From positions 15,252,001 through 15,316,000 of the forward strand of contig OZ316775.1 of NCBI GenBank assembly GCA_973851085.1: a stretch of 64,000 nt of DNA, given 5' to 3'. The translations under genes and the position numbers were made by a program. Below the pieces are notes generated by a model. The model worked only from the letters and a program-made list of their open reading frames with translations, was not told the origin of the DNA and searched no databases. Positions within the stretch are counted from its first letter, which is position 1. Each line of letters starts with the position of its first letter. Shown one piece after another: positions 1-13,422 of this stretch. This stretch comes from Ptychomitrium polyphyllum. Lineage: Eukaryota.

Positions 1-1497
1 TTTTAACTGGGCGAAAGACCGGGACGAGATGTGCCTACCATACTCAGGCAACCAAAAATCAGGGCTGAAGTACGCACCTGATTCGTAAGCTCCTCAGTAA
101 TGTGGCCAAACGCGCCTAACTACACAAAGTGCAACTGCAAACCCATTCTAAAAAATCAACAACACAACTAGAACTCTAATCTGTAACACAATCCAAGCCC
201 TCCACCATTATCCCGACTATTCTAATCCCCAACCAGGTGATCACTTTCTCTAGAAAAGGACTTCGCCATGTACATATATCGATAACCCATTACCAGCCGC
301 AGCAAGAGACAAAAGAACAGTCAGCTAAAAGAAATGCAGGCGCCTACAATGGCTCCAAGTGTCAGGCGGCCAGAAGCTTACGCGACCTGCAGTCCCTTTA
401 GGTCGCCATAATGCTCTCCTCCAAAGGAGCTCCGAACTGGCATATTCCGTAGGGCTCCCAGACAATATCCTTCAACGCGACCCAACAATGCGACTGAGGA
501 AACAAGGAACTTCAAACTGGGAACGACGTGGACTTCACTATTTACACTCCTAAAAAAATTTGCCAAAGAGTTCACTAAATTACTCCAACACGCAGATTCT
601 GTAATGCATTGTCCACCTGTCAAGGTGCCTCCCGAAGACAAACCGCCTCTTGTCTACATCACGACATTTCCACAAAAAAAATATGCAGGTCCAAAATCTA
701 CAAGAAGCCCCTAAGACATCCATAGCCGAGAAGACCATCATATTCAATCAAAAACGCGATTCATAACCAGAGAACAAACCGCCAAAAACCATAGAACCCA
801 AATAATACCCATACCATCCCGTCACAGCAAAGTTGAAACGATGTTCCACACATAAGGACCCCATCCAAAACATAAAACAAAATCATAAAGAAATAATTCG
901 AAAATAGTATAACAATCTCAACTTGCAAGGCTCAGCACTCGAAAAAATGTCACACAAGTTCCCAAAATGCTCCAACCAAACCCTCCAAACCAGAGAAGTA
1001 ACGACTGGTCAATCAAACATTCCACAATCCATCTCACGACCCAGACAACGTGAAACGCACCATGGCAAACATCTCACGGCACCTGGAGCACACTGCGAAT
1101 GTGGAGAAAAAATCGAAAGCTTTGATGATTAAACAAGAGATTTTGTTACATGAGATGATCCGCAGGAGCTAAGCTCGCACTCCACGCTGGCATGTGCGCT
1201 ACAGGTTAAGCTTCCGGCCAGAAGAATGTACAGAAACGTGCGAGCTCACGAATGGCAGGGTTCGTTCTCCGCTTTGGTCCAACTCCGTCTCGTTCGGAAT
1301 GAGCAACACGGCCCCGAGCCCACCTCTACAGCGTCCTACAACTCTATCCTAAATCTGTAGGGCTCGGGCTTCTGTTCGGGGGAGACCCACGCCGGCCTCG
1401 TCACCACACACCTCCGCGTGTGGTCTAAAAATCATGCTGCACACTCAATTTGAGAGTGAGATGAAAAATAAACAAACAGACGAGCCTCCGACCAGCC

Positions 1498-4076
1498 CTA
1501 TGACGAAGGTCCTGCCGTCGGCTCCGCCGATGGGGGAGCACCCTCCTCCGCTGCAGCTCGCGGGACCGTGCTGTTGGAGGACGCGCCGCCGCTTGCACCT
1601 GGAATGGCACCCCTTGGAGGGGAGGATGCCAGGCTGCCGCTCGGCGATGCATGCTCTCCCTGCGCCTGCCGCCGCTGTACACCCACACAATGCCCCCATG
1701 TCAGCCTCCATGCACTGTGCACGGGTCCTCCCGGTGCGACCTCCTCACACTCGAACACCGCATCTGCACGGCCCCTACCACCGCTCCCCGCCCTTCCTCA
1801 CCCAACCGCGTCTGCTCGTACCTGCCCGGCGCTCGCCGTCGCACCCGCCGTGCCTGCACAGCCTCCTTCGTGAGGCCCGCCTCCCGTCCCGCCCTGTGGG
1901 ACGCCCACCCCGCCTGAGCTCGTCGGGCTTGCGCTCGCTGCAGGCGCCGCGGGGGGCCTCGCCTGGTAGCTTGCCATGTTGCCTGCCCCTGAAGGGACGG
2001 CCACTGAGCTGCTGGGCTGGCTGCGCTGACCGCCCACCACGCCCGCCTGTGACTCCGGGAGCCCCCTCCCGCTCATCCCAGGCCCTCCTCCTGCTTTCTG
2101 GCTCGCCAACCCCGGCCCCCCTTGCAACCCGCCCAGTCCCTGTCCCGCGCTCCCTGCGCCCGCACCTTGGACGCCCGGACTGCACAGCGAGGACGTGCCC
2201 ACGTTCCCGTTCGAGTGCACGCCCGCACTCGCCGCCGCCGGACCCTGCCCGGGCCCGGGGCTGCTCGTGCGCGTCAGGTTGTACATCCCCCCGCCCAAAG
2301 GAGCCGCCGTCTGGTTGGCTTTCCAGTGTGCGCTCTGTGCTTCCACTGTGCTCGAGTTGAGACCAGCTGACAGGGGCACGCCGTGCGCGCTCGGGTTGCC
2401 CATGCCCATCGGGATCGCCCCCGCGAACTGATACGGGCTCTGCCCACCCGCCGCTGCCTGAGGGCCCGCCCCCCCTCCCGCCGGCTGTGCGCCCAGCTTC
2501 GCCAGCTGACCTGCGATGGGCGCGCCCATGCTGCTGCTGGGATGCTTCGTTTGCAACCTGCCCACCGACAAAGTCCAACGCACGCCCCGTCAGCACCTCC
2601 ACCCACACCCACATCCCACAACCTACTGCCGCGCACTTGCCACACCACACCCCCGCGCCAAGGAGAGGGCCGTGGGCCTACAACACGTGCGCTGCCCCGG
2701 AACTACAGCCCGGCTGCTGCCGATGCTGCAGCTGGATCTCTACCCGGTCCCCTCGGAACCATCTCACACCCCTCTTCGCCCGCCCGGGATCCATGCACAC
2801 TGGAGGGCCACGGAAACGCCGTCTTTCGCTGCGCCTCCCTCGTGCCATCGCCGCAGGTCATCACGTGCCCATGGGTTCTCACCTTTCCGGTCCATCCGTG
2901 CCCCTATGATCGACAGTGCCAAGGCATCAAGGCCCGACCCACTTCCACGATACTCGACGCTACCTCGTACCACATCCCGGAGAGTCACATCACTGACCTT
3001 CGAGGGGCTTGCGGCTGTGCGCCTCCCCGCCGCTGCGGCACTTGGCCCTGCAGGCTCGGACTGCCCGACGACGCCGCCATCGCGGGTTGCTGGCTCGGCG
3101 TGGCCGACGGACCTGCCTGCTGCCCGCCCGCGTGTCCGGCTGCCTGTGCTGTGCCTCCCTGCTGCTGCTTGCCCACTCCTCCCTGAAACCAGACTCACAT
3201 GCCTTCGTAAGGATGCGCACCGGTCACACAAACCTCCCACCCTGCACAGACCCCTCCCGCCTGGCCACCACAATCGACTTCGCTCAACCACTGCTACGTA
3301 CTGAACTCGACCGTACCTGAGCGCTCGCCTGCTGGCCTCCCTTCTGCCCGCCCACCCCGGACGACGCCGGCTGCGACTGCTGCGCACCCTGGACCTGCCC
3401 GCCTTGGGATTGGGCGCCGCCCGCGTTGCCTGCCTGAGATCCGCTTCCCGCCTTCCCACCCTGCGCTGCACCCCTTTGCCCTGCTTGCATCTGCCCGCCC
3501 GCCTCCGCCTGCGACGGCCCGTTCCCGCCGCCGCCTGCACCGCCCGCTTGCGCCGCCTGCGCAGGAGGGCCCTGCATCACCATAGCGCCTCTGCTCACGC
3601 CTTTCGAGTTCCTCATCGCCTGCTGCTGCAGGAGCATCTGCGACGTCTGCTCTAGGTGCTTCTGAATCTGGCTGGGGCTGGGTTGCGCCGCCTTCGCTCC
3701 CGAGGGAGTTTGCGCCATCTGTCCTGCGCGCTCATTCTGCTGGCCCGCCGTTGATTGCTGCCCTGGTTTGCCCGGAGAACCTGGGGTCGCCTGCAGGCTT
3801 GACGAAGCCGCAGATAGCTGAGCCCCCTGGGAAGGACTGCCCACCTGCTGCATCAGTTGCTTCTGGAGGCTATTGTGTTGCTGTGGAGGAAGGATGTGAG
3901 GCTGGGATTTCAGATGCTGACCAGGAAGGCTCGCCGCTCCCGCTTGGTGAGGGGGGACCAGCATGTGCTGAGCTTGAGGACCGGGTGCCAGATTTCCAAG
4001 GAGCTTCTGCTTCTGCTGCTGCTGCTGCTGCTGCAGCTGCTGTTGCCTCTGCAGCTGCTGATGCTGATAATGCTGA

Positions 4077-4107
<31 letters not shown>

Positions 4108-7100
4108 TCATGCGAGTGGGTACTGCGACGTACGCCGGGGGCGCTCCCGCCAGCTGCATCTGTTGGTGCCACACGAAACGCCATCCATGCGGTCAGTCGC
4201 ACAACCAGGGCCCCCGACACCCCGGTCTACACCATCACAGCGCGGGCCCGGCAGCACGACGCTCGGCCGCCACCGCACCCCGCGGACCATGGCCGAGCTC
4301 TGCACGAGGGAACCCACCACTCACGCACATGCAACCTAATCGGCGAAAACCATTCACGTGCCGCACTCCACACCAGCCACAGACAGGGTGCAGATCTGAA
4401 CCTGGTGACTGTGCTGCTGAACTTGTGCCTGCAGTTTGCTGGAGCTGTTGTTCATGTGATGGAGCTGTTGCTGATGTAACTGTTGGTGCTGCTCCTGAGC
4501 GTGCTGCTGCTGCTGCTGCTGAAGCGGGTGCTGATGATGTAGTGCATACGGCTGCCACAACAGTACTCGGAACGTTCAGAAGCGCACCCACTCGTGCTGC
4601 CTCACCCCACTCTCGACCCGGACACACACTCTCCCCACCTCTCAGGCACTTCCAACTCCCACACATACCTCCCACGCCTGCGTCAAATGCACCTGCACCT
4701 ACCGACTCAGCGGCGCACCGCAATCACCTGGTTCAAGCCGTCCACCGAGCTGCCCATATCACCACCGCCACCACCCGTCAGGTTCGCCAGCGCGGCTCCA
4801 GCGTGACCATCGCCCTGCTGGGCCATGGACTGCAGCTGCCCCAGAGCCTGCAACCGCTGCTCCTCGCTGCAACCAGCGCTCTGCAAAATCAACTCGGGTT
4901 TCTCAGAACTCGGCCTATGCTCCCCCCCCCCCCCACTCCCACTCACTTCGCCTGCACTAACAAACGCTCGTGCCTCGCCACATCGCACCCACCATGCGTC
5001 CCTCGCCAACCCCACACCACGCCCAAACCGCCGGTCCCACCCCGGGTTTGCACACCGACGGTGTCACCAGACCCCCCCTCCCCACCACCTCAACCCCACC
5101 ACCACAACGCAATCCCCGCTCCCCGTCACAAGCATCACCACTACCCAAACACCTCTACTCAGCGCGCGCCATCCTCCTCTATGTCCGCAATCACACGCTG
5201 GGCAAGACAAACACATGTTGTGGAAAGTTCCTCACCCGTGCCATATTCACCAGACCAGCAATCCTTCTCGACACATTTGATGCCGCTAGGTTTCCTGATG
5301 GGGGGAGCCTGCCACTCAAACCAGCTGTACCCATGCTTGAAACTACTGGTGAGCCCATACCTGCCAAGCCCGCCCTCGGAAGGGACAATCCACGGTTCAG
5401 CCCAACCAGCATCCCCCCGCTCGTGCTCGTCGACAGCATGGGGAGCCCGTTTGAACTCGGCAGGCCCCCCAGCACGGGCACCCCTGCTGCCGCCGAGGCC
5501 GCCTGCTGTTGCGCCCGCCGCGCGTTGAAGTCCGTCAGCTGCTTCGTGGCCATGTGCAGCCTCGCATGCTCTTCGTTCGAGAAGCTGCTCATGTTGCTCA
5601 TGTTCAACCTCTGCGCGTCCCTGCACCACACCGCCCCTCGCCCGCTGTCACCACCCACCCCGGAACACCTCGCTCCTTCCTATGCCTACCACCTCACTCG
5701 CACTCCACCCCGCGTGGACACCACACTCGTCACACCTCATCTGCGCCCGCCTACGGATCCACCTCCGCCCGACCCCCACACACTACCCCCGAACCGCCAC
5801 CCGGAACGTCACATGGGCATCGAAGCATGCGCTTACCTGGCAGCCGCCGCGCTCATGGCGGCGGGGGACAGAGAACCTTGCCCCAAACCGGGCAGACCGT
5901 TTGGGCCCGGCATCGCCAGCGGCAGCCCGCCTCCCGGAGGCCTCATCCCCAGCCCGGGCATCGCTCCCACCACTGGCGGCCCCAACACGGTTCCCTGCGG
6001 AGCCTGTGCTGGGTGCAGGTGCCCGCCGGGATCGTCGCTGCCGGTCACCCGGTCCGCCAGGTCCACGGGACTGCAACCCAACACAACGTCATCCAGCGTC
6101 AGACCCCCGCGCCTTCCCACCGTCACCCGCTCATACCACGTCAACACAAACGCACAAGGCACCACCCCATACCCGACTCCAGCCTCTACGCGCCACACGG
6201 CTCGTCAGACCCTCCCGCAACTCTCTGCCAAACCCCCCTCGCTCTCACTCCCCACCAGGGATGCGTCGACGGAAAACCACAGACGACCTAACTCCCCCTC
6301 CACTGCCACCCGACCCACTGCACTCAGTCACCGGACAGAGGTTCCACTTACTTCGACGTTCCACCGATACCCGTCCAGAACTGGGACATGATGATTCCGT
6401 GGGAGGAATGTGAAGCTTGCAAGACTTTCTGCTCTTCCGACTCGCTCTGCTGGATCACATTCACACCACAATCAGCACACCGTGGGACACGCTGCCCGCC
6501 CCTGCGCCAACATGGCTCGCCGCCGTGTGGGACAGCAGCATAGTCTCGGACCGCTCTCACACGCACCCCCGACACCACCGCACACACAGACCACGACCAT
6601 CGGAACGACGACCATGCACATCTCACACAAATCACCACCACAACGGCAAACTCGACGCAAGCTTCCTGCAAACTCAAGCACTAAGGCCGGTGATCCGAGT
6701 CTTCACCAAATTTTTCCGTGCACCATACTTTTGCACAATCATGACGATCTGCTCAAAGTGCTTCAGCGTATCCTCCTCTGCCGCACTCTGGCCCCGCAGC
6801 CCCCGAACGTTGCCCTGCCACAATCCATTGCAACCCCCGCGATCAGAACCACGCCTCACTCCATCCCACACCCCCGCCCACTCCGCCGCGCGCCCACCTC
6901 CTCACCCCGCTCACTCACACCGTGCGCCGCCGCCACACACACCCTCCACACCACCACCACCTCCGGCACTTACTTTCGAGGCCTGCGCCTGCGACGAGCT
7001 CGGGTCCTCCGTGCTCTCCGGCCCCTCCGACCCCGCTCTCTCCGTCAGCGCCTTGTGCCTCTCCTTGCACTGCTGGGGCTTGCGGCAGATGCCCTGACCC

Positions 7101-10100
7101 AACACACACCATCCATGCAACCGCCCCCTTCACTCAACCACCCCAACAGCACAACAAACACCGGAACCTCCACAATGCCCCAATCCCTCCCTCCGCCCAC
7201 CCACCACCCGCCTCCCACGCCCAGCCTCTCCGCAAACCCCCAACTACTGCGCCCACCCCTGCCACCGACAAGGGACGAGTCCGCACCTTTATCTGGGAGT
7301 TCGAGCTCAGCACGTCGCTCACCAGGTCCCAGTTCGCGCCCAGATCGTGGACCAGCGCCAGAATAGCCTGCACCACCCACCAAAAACCACGTCAGTCCAT
7401 CGCCCTTCTCCACCTCCTCTCCGCTGCACATGCCCGCCCTCCCTCGCCGCACCCATGGCGCGCGCCCTCCCCCCGCACACGTCCACCCCCTCTCACCCCA
7501 CCACCAAAACCCGCCACCCCTCTCGACCAACCACGCAACCACCACAGCTCGGATGCCTCTACGTACTTGATCTTCGCCGGCCGACCAAGGGATGCCCACC
7601 CCTCCCGTCGGCGTGCTCGGGGGCACCTGCAAAACAACCGCCCACCATGCCCCCGGTCAGCGTCCACATCGCATGCCCCGTAACCCCCCGCTCCCACGCC
7701 ACCCTCCACGGGACCTCTCATCTCCGTGTGCCCCCGCCACCCCATCTCACATACCCACTCCACCGCCCACTTCCTCCCACCAGGCCACATCTCGCCACCA
7801 GACCCATCGCCCATCGTCCTGGAACCACCAGCGCTGCAGGACGCTGCATGAACCGGCTCCTCACCTTCGTTGCTGGCCGCACCCTCCGATTGCGGTCGCG
7901 CATGCTGTTCTGCCTCAGCAGTTTGCTTGCACCCGCTGCCGACCCTGCCTGTTGCCCGGCCTGGACCGCCTCCGAGTTCGTCTCGCCCTGCCTCAGAGAC
8001 TTCTGTTTCTTCGAGTTCTGTTGCCCCGGCGGACCTTGCGACCCTGGCGTGCCCGGCGTATCTGCACCAGTTTCCGCCCACACGTCAGTCCACACCGTTG
8101 CGCCGCCTCGCCACAACCGCTACCCACTTGCAAGCGCCCTGCACCCAGACGTCACCCACGCTCTAAGACACGACCGCTCCCTGCACACCACCTCACAGAC
8201 CGGACTTCTCCTCCCACTTACCCAGCCCTGCATCGGATCCACCCACCGACACCCAGTGCATATCCGCTTTCCGCTTCATCTGCCACAAACCAACCACGCA
8301 TCAAACGGCTTCAGCACCCAGCGCAACCATCCATCCATCAACATGCGTCATCGCCCAACATCACATACCAAACCGCGCCATCGCACACCACGCATGGCGC
8401 CATCCCCGCCCGGGCATGGCTCTGCTGTGCCTCCCCCTCCTCACAACCCAACCCCTCCACTCCGTCGCCCCAACAACCTGCAACAAACATGTCCCGCAGG
8501 GGCTCGCTCACGCACCTGCTCGTTTCGAACGTCCGCCGCAACCCCCTCCAAACTCTGCAACATAAGCCACACCCGTTTGCGTCAGCCTCACCCTCCGGAC
8601 ACCTCTTGCAAACGCCACATTCTACGCTTACGCACCTCCCCTAAGCCCGACACCCACCCCGCACTCCCACACACAGGAACGCGTGCACTACCTTCGCACC
8701 CGTGTCCGCCGCTGCTCCTCCATCCGAAAACGACAGCCCCGGATACGGCCTCGTCTTCTTCTTCTTCCTCAGCCTGCCCTCGCCCGCAGCCCCTTTGCTG
8801 CCGGGAGTGTCGCTGCCCACGTCGCCCTGGCTCGACCCATCCAGTGCGTCCATCCCCTCGTCCTGCTGGAACTGCGACCCCGTTCCCCTCTGTGCCGCGT
8901 ATCCACCTGGACCCGGACATGCCACAACCACCAGCCCACCATCAGAACCCCACCCAGCACCACGCTTCTCGACAATGCATCTCGCTCGCACCCCCCATCG
9001 GCGTCCACTGCCGGACTCTCACAACTCCACGTGCCCAACCATTCCGGGTGCACGGCTCGACCATCCACCCCCCAAAAGCCCCGACCCACCTGCCCCCACC
9101 CGAGGGCCTACCGCTTCCCCCACGGACACCAGAACAGATCACATGCATCGTCCCAATCCGCGAGCACCTGCCAAACACGCACACCCGCACCCTGCGTTCC
9201 ACTACTTCCTGGGACTGACCCACATGCCGCACGCCACCTTCGCCTCTTCGCCTCTTCCTCCACCACCAGCCTCCGCCTCTGCATCGCCACGGCCTCCTCC
9301 CCCACCACAACACGCATCCCGCATTGCCGCACCGTCTCTCTCCACACCCCGGTCACTCCATCACACACCCATCCCCTAAATGGAACCGGCCCATCACTTG
9401 GGAACGGTCGGTATTACCTGGAGAGGCGCCGGGTTGTGTGCCACGCGGTCGCAGGTTTGCCGCCGACGACCGTGCACGCTTCACCGGAATGCTTCCAGGT
9501 AGACTGCTCGCTCCCAAACCCCCCGTCAAAGATCGTTTCCCCGTCACCAGCGGCGAAGGTATGCCCACCTCCAGACTCAGCAAACCCGGCGCCCGGTACG
9601 CAGGCCCTGCCAACCACCCAAACATCAGCCGCGCACCACAGACCGACTTCTGCACACGCAACGGCTCCACACACCCACCACACATCTGCGCAAAGCAGAC
9701 ACCAACACTCGCAAAAACTCCGCTCGCTGCACACGCGCAACGCGCGCAGCAACGCGCGCGCCCTGCCCCCCACAACTCCCCTGCTCCGCTGGGGGACTAC
9801 CTTGCGGAGCGCTCCCTTCGCCTCTCAATCCGATGCTGCTGGTCTTGAATATCTTCTTCCGCTTCTTCCTGGATATGCGCGACCCCTCCGTCAACAGCAT
9901 CGCAGGCTCATCCTCCTGAGACCCTCCGTCGTTTGACAGCTTCGCATAGCTCCCGTCGCCTCCGGCGCTCGCATCGTCTGCTGCCTCCGCGGCAAGAGCT
10001 TCCGCCTCCACCCCCGCGGCTGCTCGCCTCCTCTCGTGCTCCTGCACACCACACGTCAACACCACAACACGTCTTTCAGTTCGCCCCGCCCCACACCCGG

Positions 10101-13100
10101 ACCACTCGTCACCGCACCTGCTCAAAACCTCTGCCTCCATCCCACGGCTCCACTCACGCCCGCCCATGTCATGTTTGCCAGCAGTTGGTCAATGGGGAGG
10201 CCAAAGGGCACTGCCGCCTCCCAACTCTGCCAAAATCCCCTCCTTCGTCCATGCCACAGGACCAACAAACACAACACTCCGCATGCTTCCCCACCACCAT
10301 GCCGTACCTCCTCCGACCTCGCCTGCTCGCCCTCCACCGCTGCTCGATATGCTTCCATGGACCCCATCGGCACCTCGTACAGCAACGGTACCTGACCCAC
10401 CTTTGCAACGTCAGTACACCTCTTCCCCCAGCATTCCCCAAACATCCCTGCCGCACCGCGCACACGTGGCCCCACTGCCGCTCCTCCTCCCGCAGGGCAG
10501 CACACGGACGACAGACGTGGCAACCCACCCACACTCGCCACCCCACAGACGCGACTGCACCGCCCGCTACCATGCCATCACCCACCACAACACACACCCT
10601 CCGCCCGACAAGACGCTGCCGCCAGACCCAACGCACTCATGGGGGCCCGCTACTACACGCACCTCGCGAACTTGGTCCAGAATGCTGTTGCTCTCTCGCC
10701 GCCGCTCCGGGGTCGCCGGGGCCTCCGCTTGTCCTGACCTCGGGAAGCCCGACTCCTTCAGGAGCTGAATGGCGTACCTCTGGACCCCCACCAACTGCTC
10801 TCTCCCGGCCTTCTCATGACGCACCCACTTCTCCGGAACCTGCTCAGCTCACACAACATCCAACACATCATTGCCGTGCCATGCCCATCCTGGGGCCACA
10901 CTCCTGCCCCACCCATGCCAACCACCGCCTCCAGCAACTGCACCTCACCACTCCAATGCACATCTTCCTGCCACTACGTCTCCCACATCACCGACCCAAC
11001 CACCAAAGGAGCCACGCGCATCATCGGGGTTCACCTCTCTCGCCGCGGGAAAGTCCACGTCCATGGGAACCACCTCGCTCTCGCTCGTTCTTCTCGCGCC
11101 TTGCGATTGTCCCGAGCCCCTGCTCTCGCTCCTCTGCTTCGCCGCTGCCACCTCCGCGCTGTGCCAAAATCCCCTCACAGCGATTGCCAGGATCCTCGAC
11201 ACTCTCTGCTGCTCCCTCGCCAGGTCTGCCGCCAGAAAGTCGTCCTCCCCCTTCTTCATCGCAATCTCCAGACACACGTGGGCAGCCTGGTACCTCTTCC
11301 ACATCCGCTCCTGAACGGGCCAACCAACCAACCACTCCGGTTATTCGCTGCATGTACTGCTCTCCGCACCATGCGCCCCACACCACGGACGGGTCGGACG
11401 CCACAAACCCACACCTGCGGGAAACCACAGCACTCCACAACCACTCCGCACCCACAATCTCCCGCCACCACAAACCAACCCGCACCACTCATCACCCCAC
11501 TCACCACCCCAACACCGCGTACCTGCCAGAAGTCGTTCGCCATCCACCTCATCTCTTCCAGCACGTAGTCCCAATGCGACTTCCGCCGCAAAGGCTCCGC
11601 ACACGGTTTCACGGCCTTCCGCTCCTCCACCTGCTTCCTCTTCGCCTGCACAACCGTCGCACCTGGTTCCGTCAGAAGCTACCACACAAACAGCCCACCA
11701 ACGCGTCCACTCCGCGCTCCGCACTGCAGCGCCATGCCACACTGTCAAACACCTCTCCCCCCAGCCCTACCTTCAGATGCTCCGCCTCTTCCAGAACGAA
11801 GTCCTCGCGCGCCTTGTTCGCCAGCCTCTCTCGAAGCTCCGCATTCTGCCGCTCCGCCTCGCCCTGCACCGCCACATCCTGCCCCTTCTCCCACGGCAGG
11901 ACCACGCCCGAGTACTTGCAGTTCGCTGCGCCGGAATTGCTCCACGCCCGCCCCATGCTTCGCGGACCACCGGCCTGGCCCCCCGCCCTCAGCTCCTGAG
12001 AATGACCGCCCTGGATCCCGCGACCCCCCGCCTCCGCCTGTGTTGCCACAGGCTTCGCCCTCTCCTCCGCCACCCCCTCCTCCGCCTTCACCCTCAACTG
12101 CTGCACGTTCGCCTTCTTCTCCTGTGCCGCCCGCGCCTCGCTGCCGGCCTTCTCCTGGACGCTGCCCGCCAGCTCGCGAGGCCCTGCTCCTGACTCGCCC
12201 AGCTTCTCCACACCCACCCCCGCCACACTCGCCCCGTCCCTCCTCTCCGCCCCCGCATCACCGCCAACCGCGTCCTCCTTCCACATGCCTTCCACCGTTC
12301 TGCTGCCGCCACGGCCATCGCGCCTCTCCCCGACGCCCGCCGCCTGCTCGTCGCCCTCCGCCCTGTTCGCCGCCTCATGTGGCCTGCACTCGCCGCCCAC
12401 AGAAGTCCTCTCCACATCCCTCCCCGTCGCCGCCGCCCGTGGACCGCCTCGCGCGTCCGAGGCCTGCACAGATTTCAGGGCCGGGGCCGAGGCTCTGTCC
12501 CTGGAGCTGTGCTCGCTCGGGTGCTGCTCCAACACCGGCCCGCACCGTGCCATGATCTCGTTCACGGGCTCGTACTCCGGGCTGGCGCCCAGTCCGTTCC
12601 ACCTGCTCGGGAGGCCATGTTGGCTCGGCTGCGGCAGAACCTGGTAGCTCATGTCTACCATGTCCTCATTCCCCGCGCTTCCGGGGGCTGCCGTGCTCTC
12701 CCGCCCCGCTACCTGCCCCTCCCCGCCCACCACGCCCTCCACCTCCCTCAACAATGCATGCCCGTTTCCCAGCCTCTGACTCCGAACCCTGCTCCTGCTC
12801 ACATGCCCGCCGCTCTTGGGCCTGCCATGGACCCCCCCGCAGCTGTCGCTGCCCGCCCTCGTGCCGGACTCGTTCGGCGCCCGGCCCGGCTCGCCTGCAC
12901 CCGCATCCAGCGAACTCGACCTGCTGCACGCCTGCTCCTCGCCCGGACCCAACGCTACCGACACGCCGTCCGACCCCTCCGCGCATCCTCCGCTCCCGCT
13001 CCACACATCGCCGTCCCTGCCCGCACCGGCTGCACACACAGCCTCCTCCTCACTGCCCACCACCACAGACACACCAGTCGTCAGAAACCCGCACGCACAG

Positions 13101-13422
13101 CACGCTGCAACATCCCGCCTCACCCAAATGCAACCACTGCCTCCGTCCCCCGCCCCTCACACAACCGCTCCCCAACCCGCCAACACACAAACGTCACACA
13201 TCACACCACCCCGCACCCGCCACCACCTCAGCCCACCGCTCAGCTGGCCCGGCCCCCCAACCTGAGTTCGGCCTCAGCTTCCTCGATGCCGGCGCCGCGT
13301 GGAGAGGGCCCGTCGTCGTCTACGGCGGCTGCAGCACCAGCTCCTGCTCCCATGGGACCCGGCTCAGCATTGACCGAGCGCTCAAACCCCGCTGCACATC
13401 CACGGTCCCGCTCCGTATACAT
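1498..13422 (-). CDS. EAF1: Chromatin modification-related protein EAF1 (NuA4 scaffold; HSA and SANT/Myb domains, Q-rich C-terminus), left copy, complete; ~25 coding exons, ~2123 aa by manual splicing
   Basis: GT-AG exons with consistent phases: 13422-13262, 13052-11771, 11645-11523, 11310-11035, 10839-10663, 10391-10308, 10041-9801, 9606-9418, 8906-8692, 8554-8516, 8279-8222, 8061-7865, 7626-7567, 7367-7287, 7093-6974, 6814-6707, 6449-6352, 6070-5837, 5620-5236, 4880-4728, 4551-4402, 4159-3317, 3182-2998, 2557-1822, 1674-1498. Plant EAF1 motifs: VNAE..[117 protein letters not shown]. Low-complexity exon borders are less certain. Confidence 0.9.
4004..4105 (-). repeat. CAG/CAT trinucleotide repeat encoding a polyQ/H tract in EAF1 (second tract ~4430-4540)
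   Basis: (CTG)n on the + strand; translation EQQQQQQQQHQHYQHQQLQRQQQLQQQQQQQKQK. Confidence 0.9.

Noticed and set aside
1..1300. Short ORFs (359-553, 378-641, 923-1132) and minus-strand splice-like signals
   Set aside because: No recognisable protein; may be UTR/intron of EAF1 or of a neighbouring gene.
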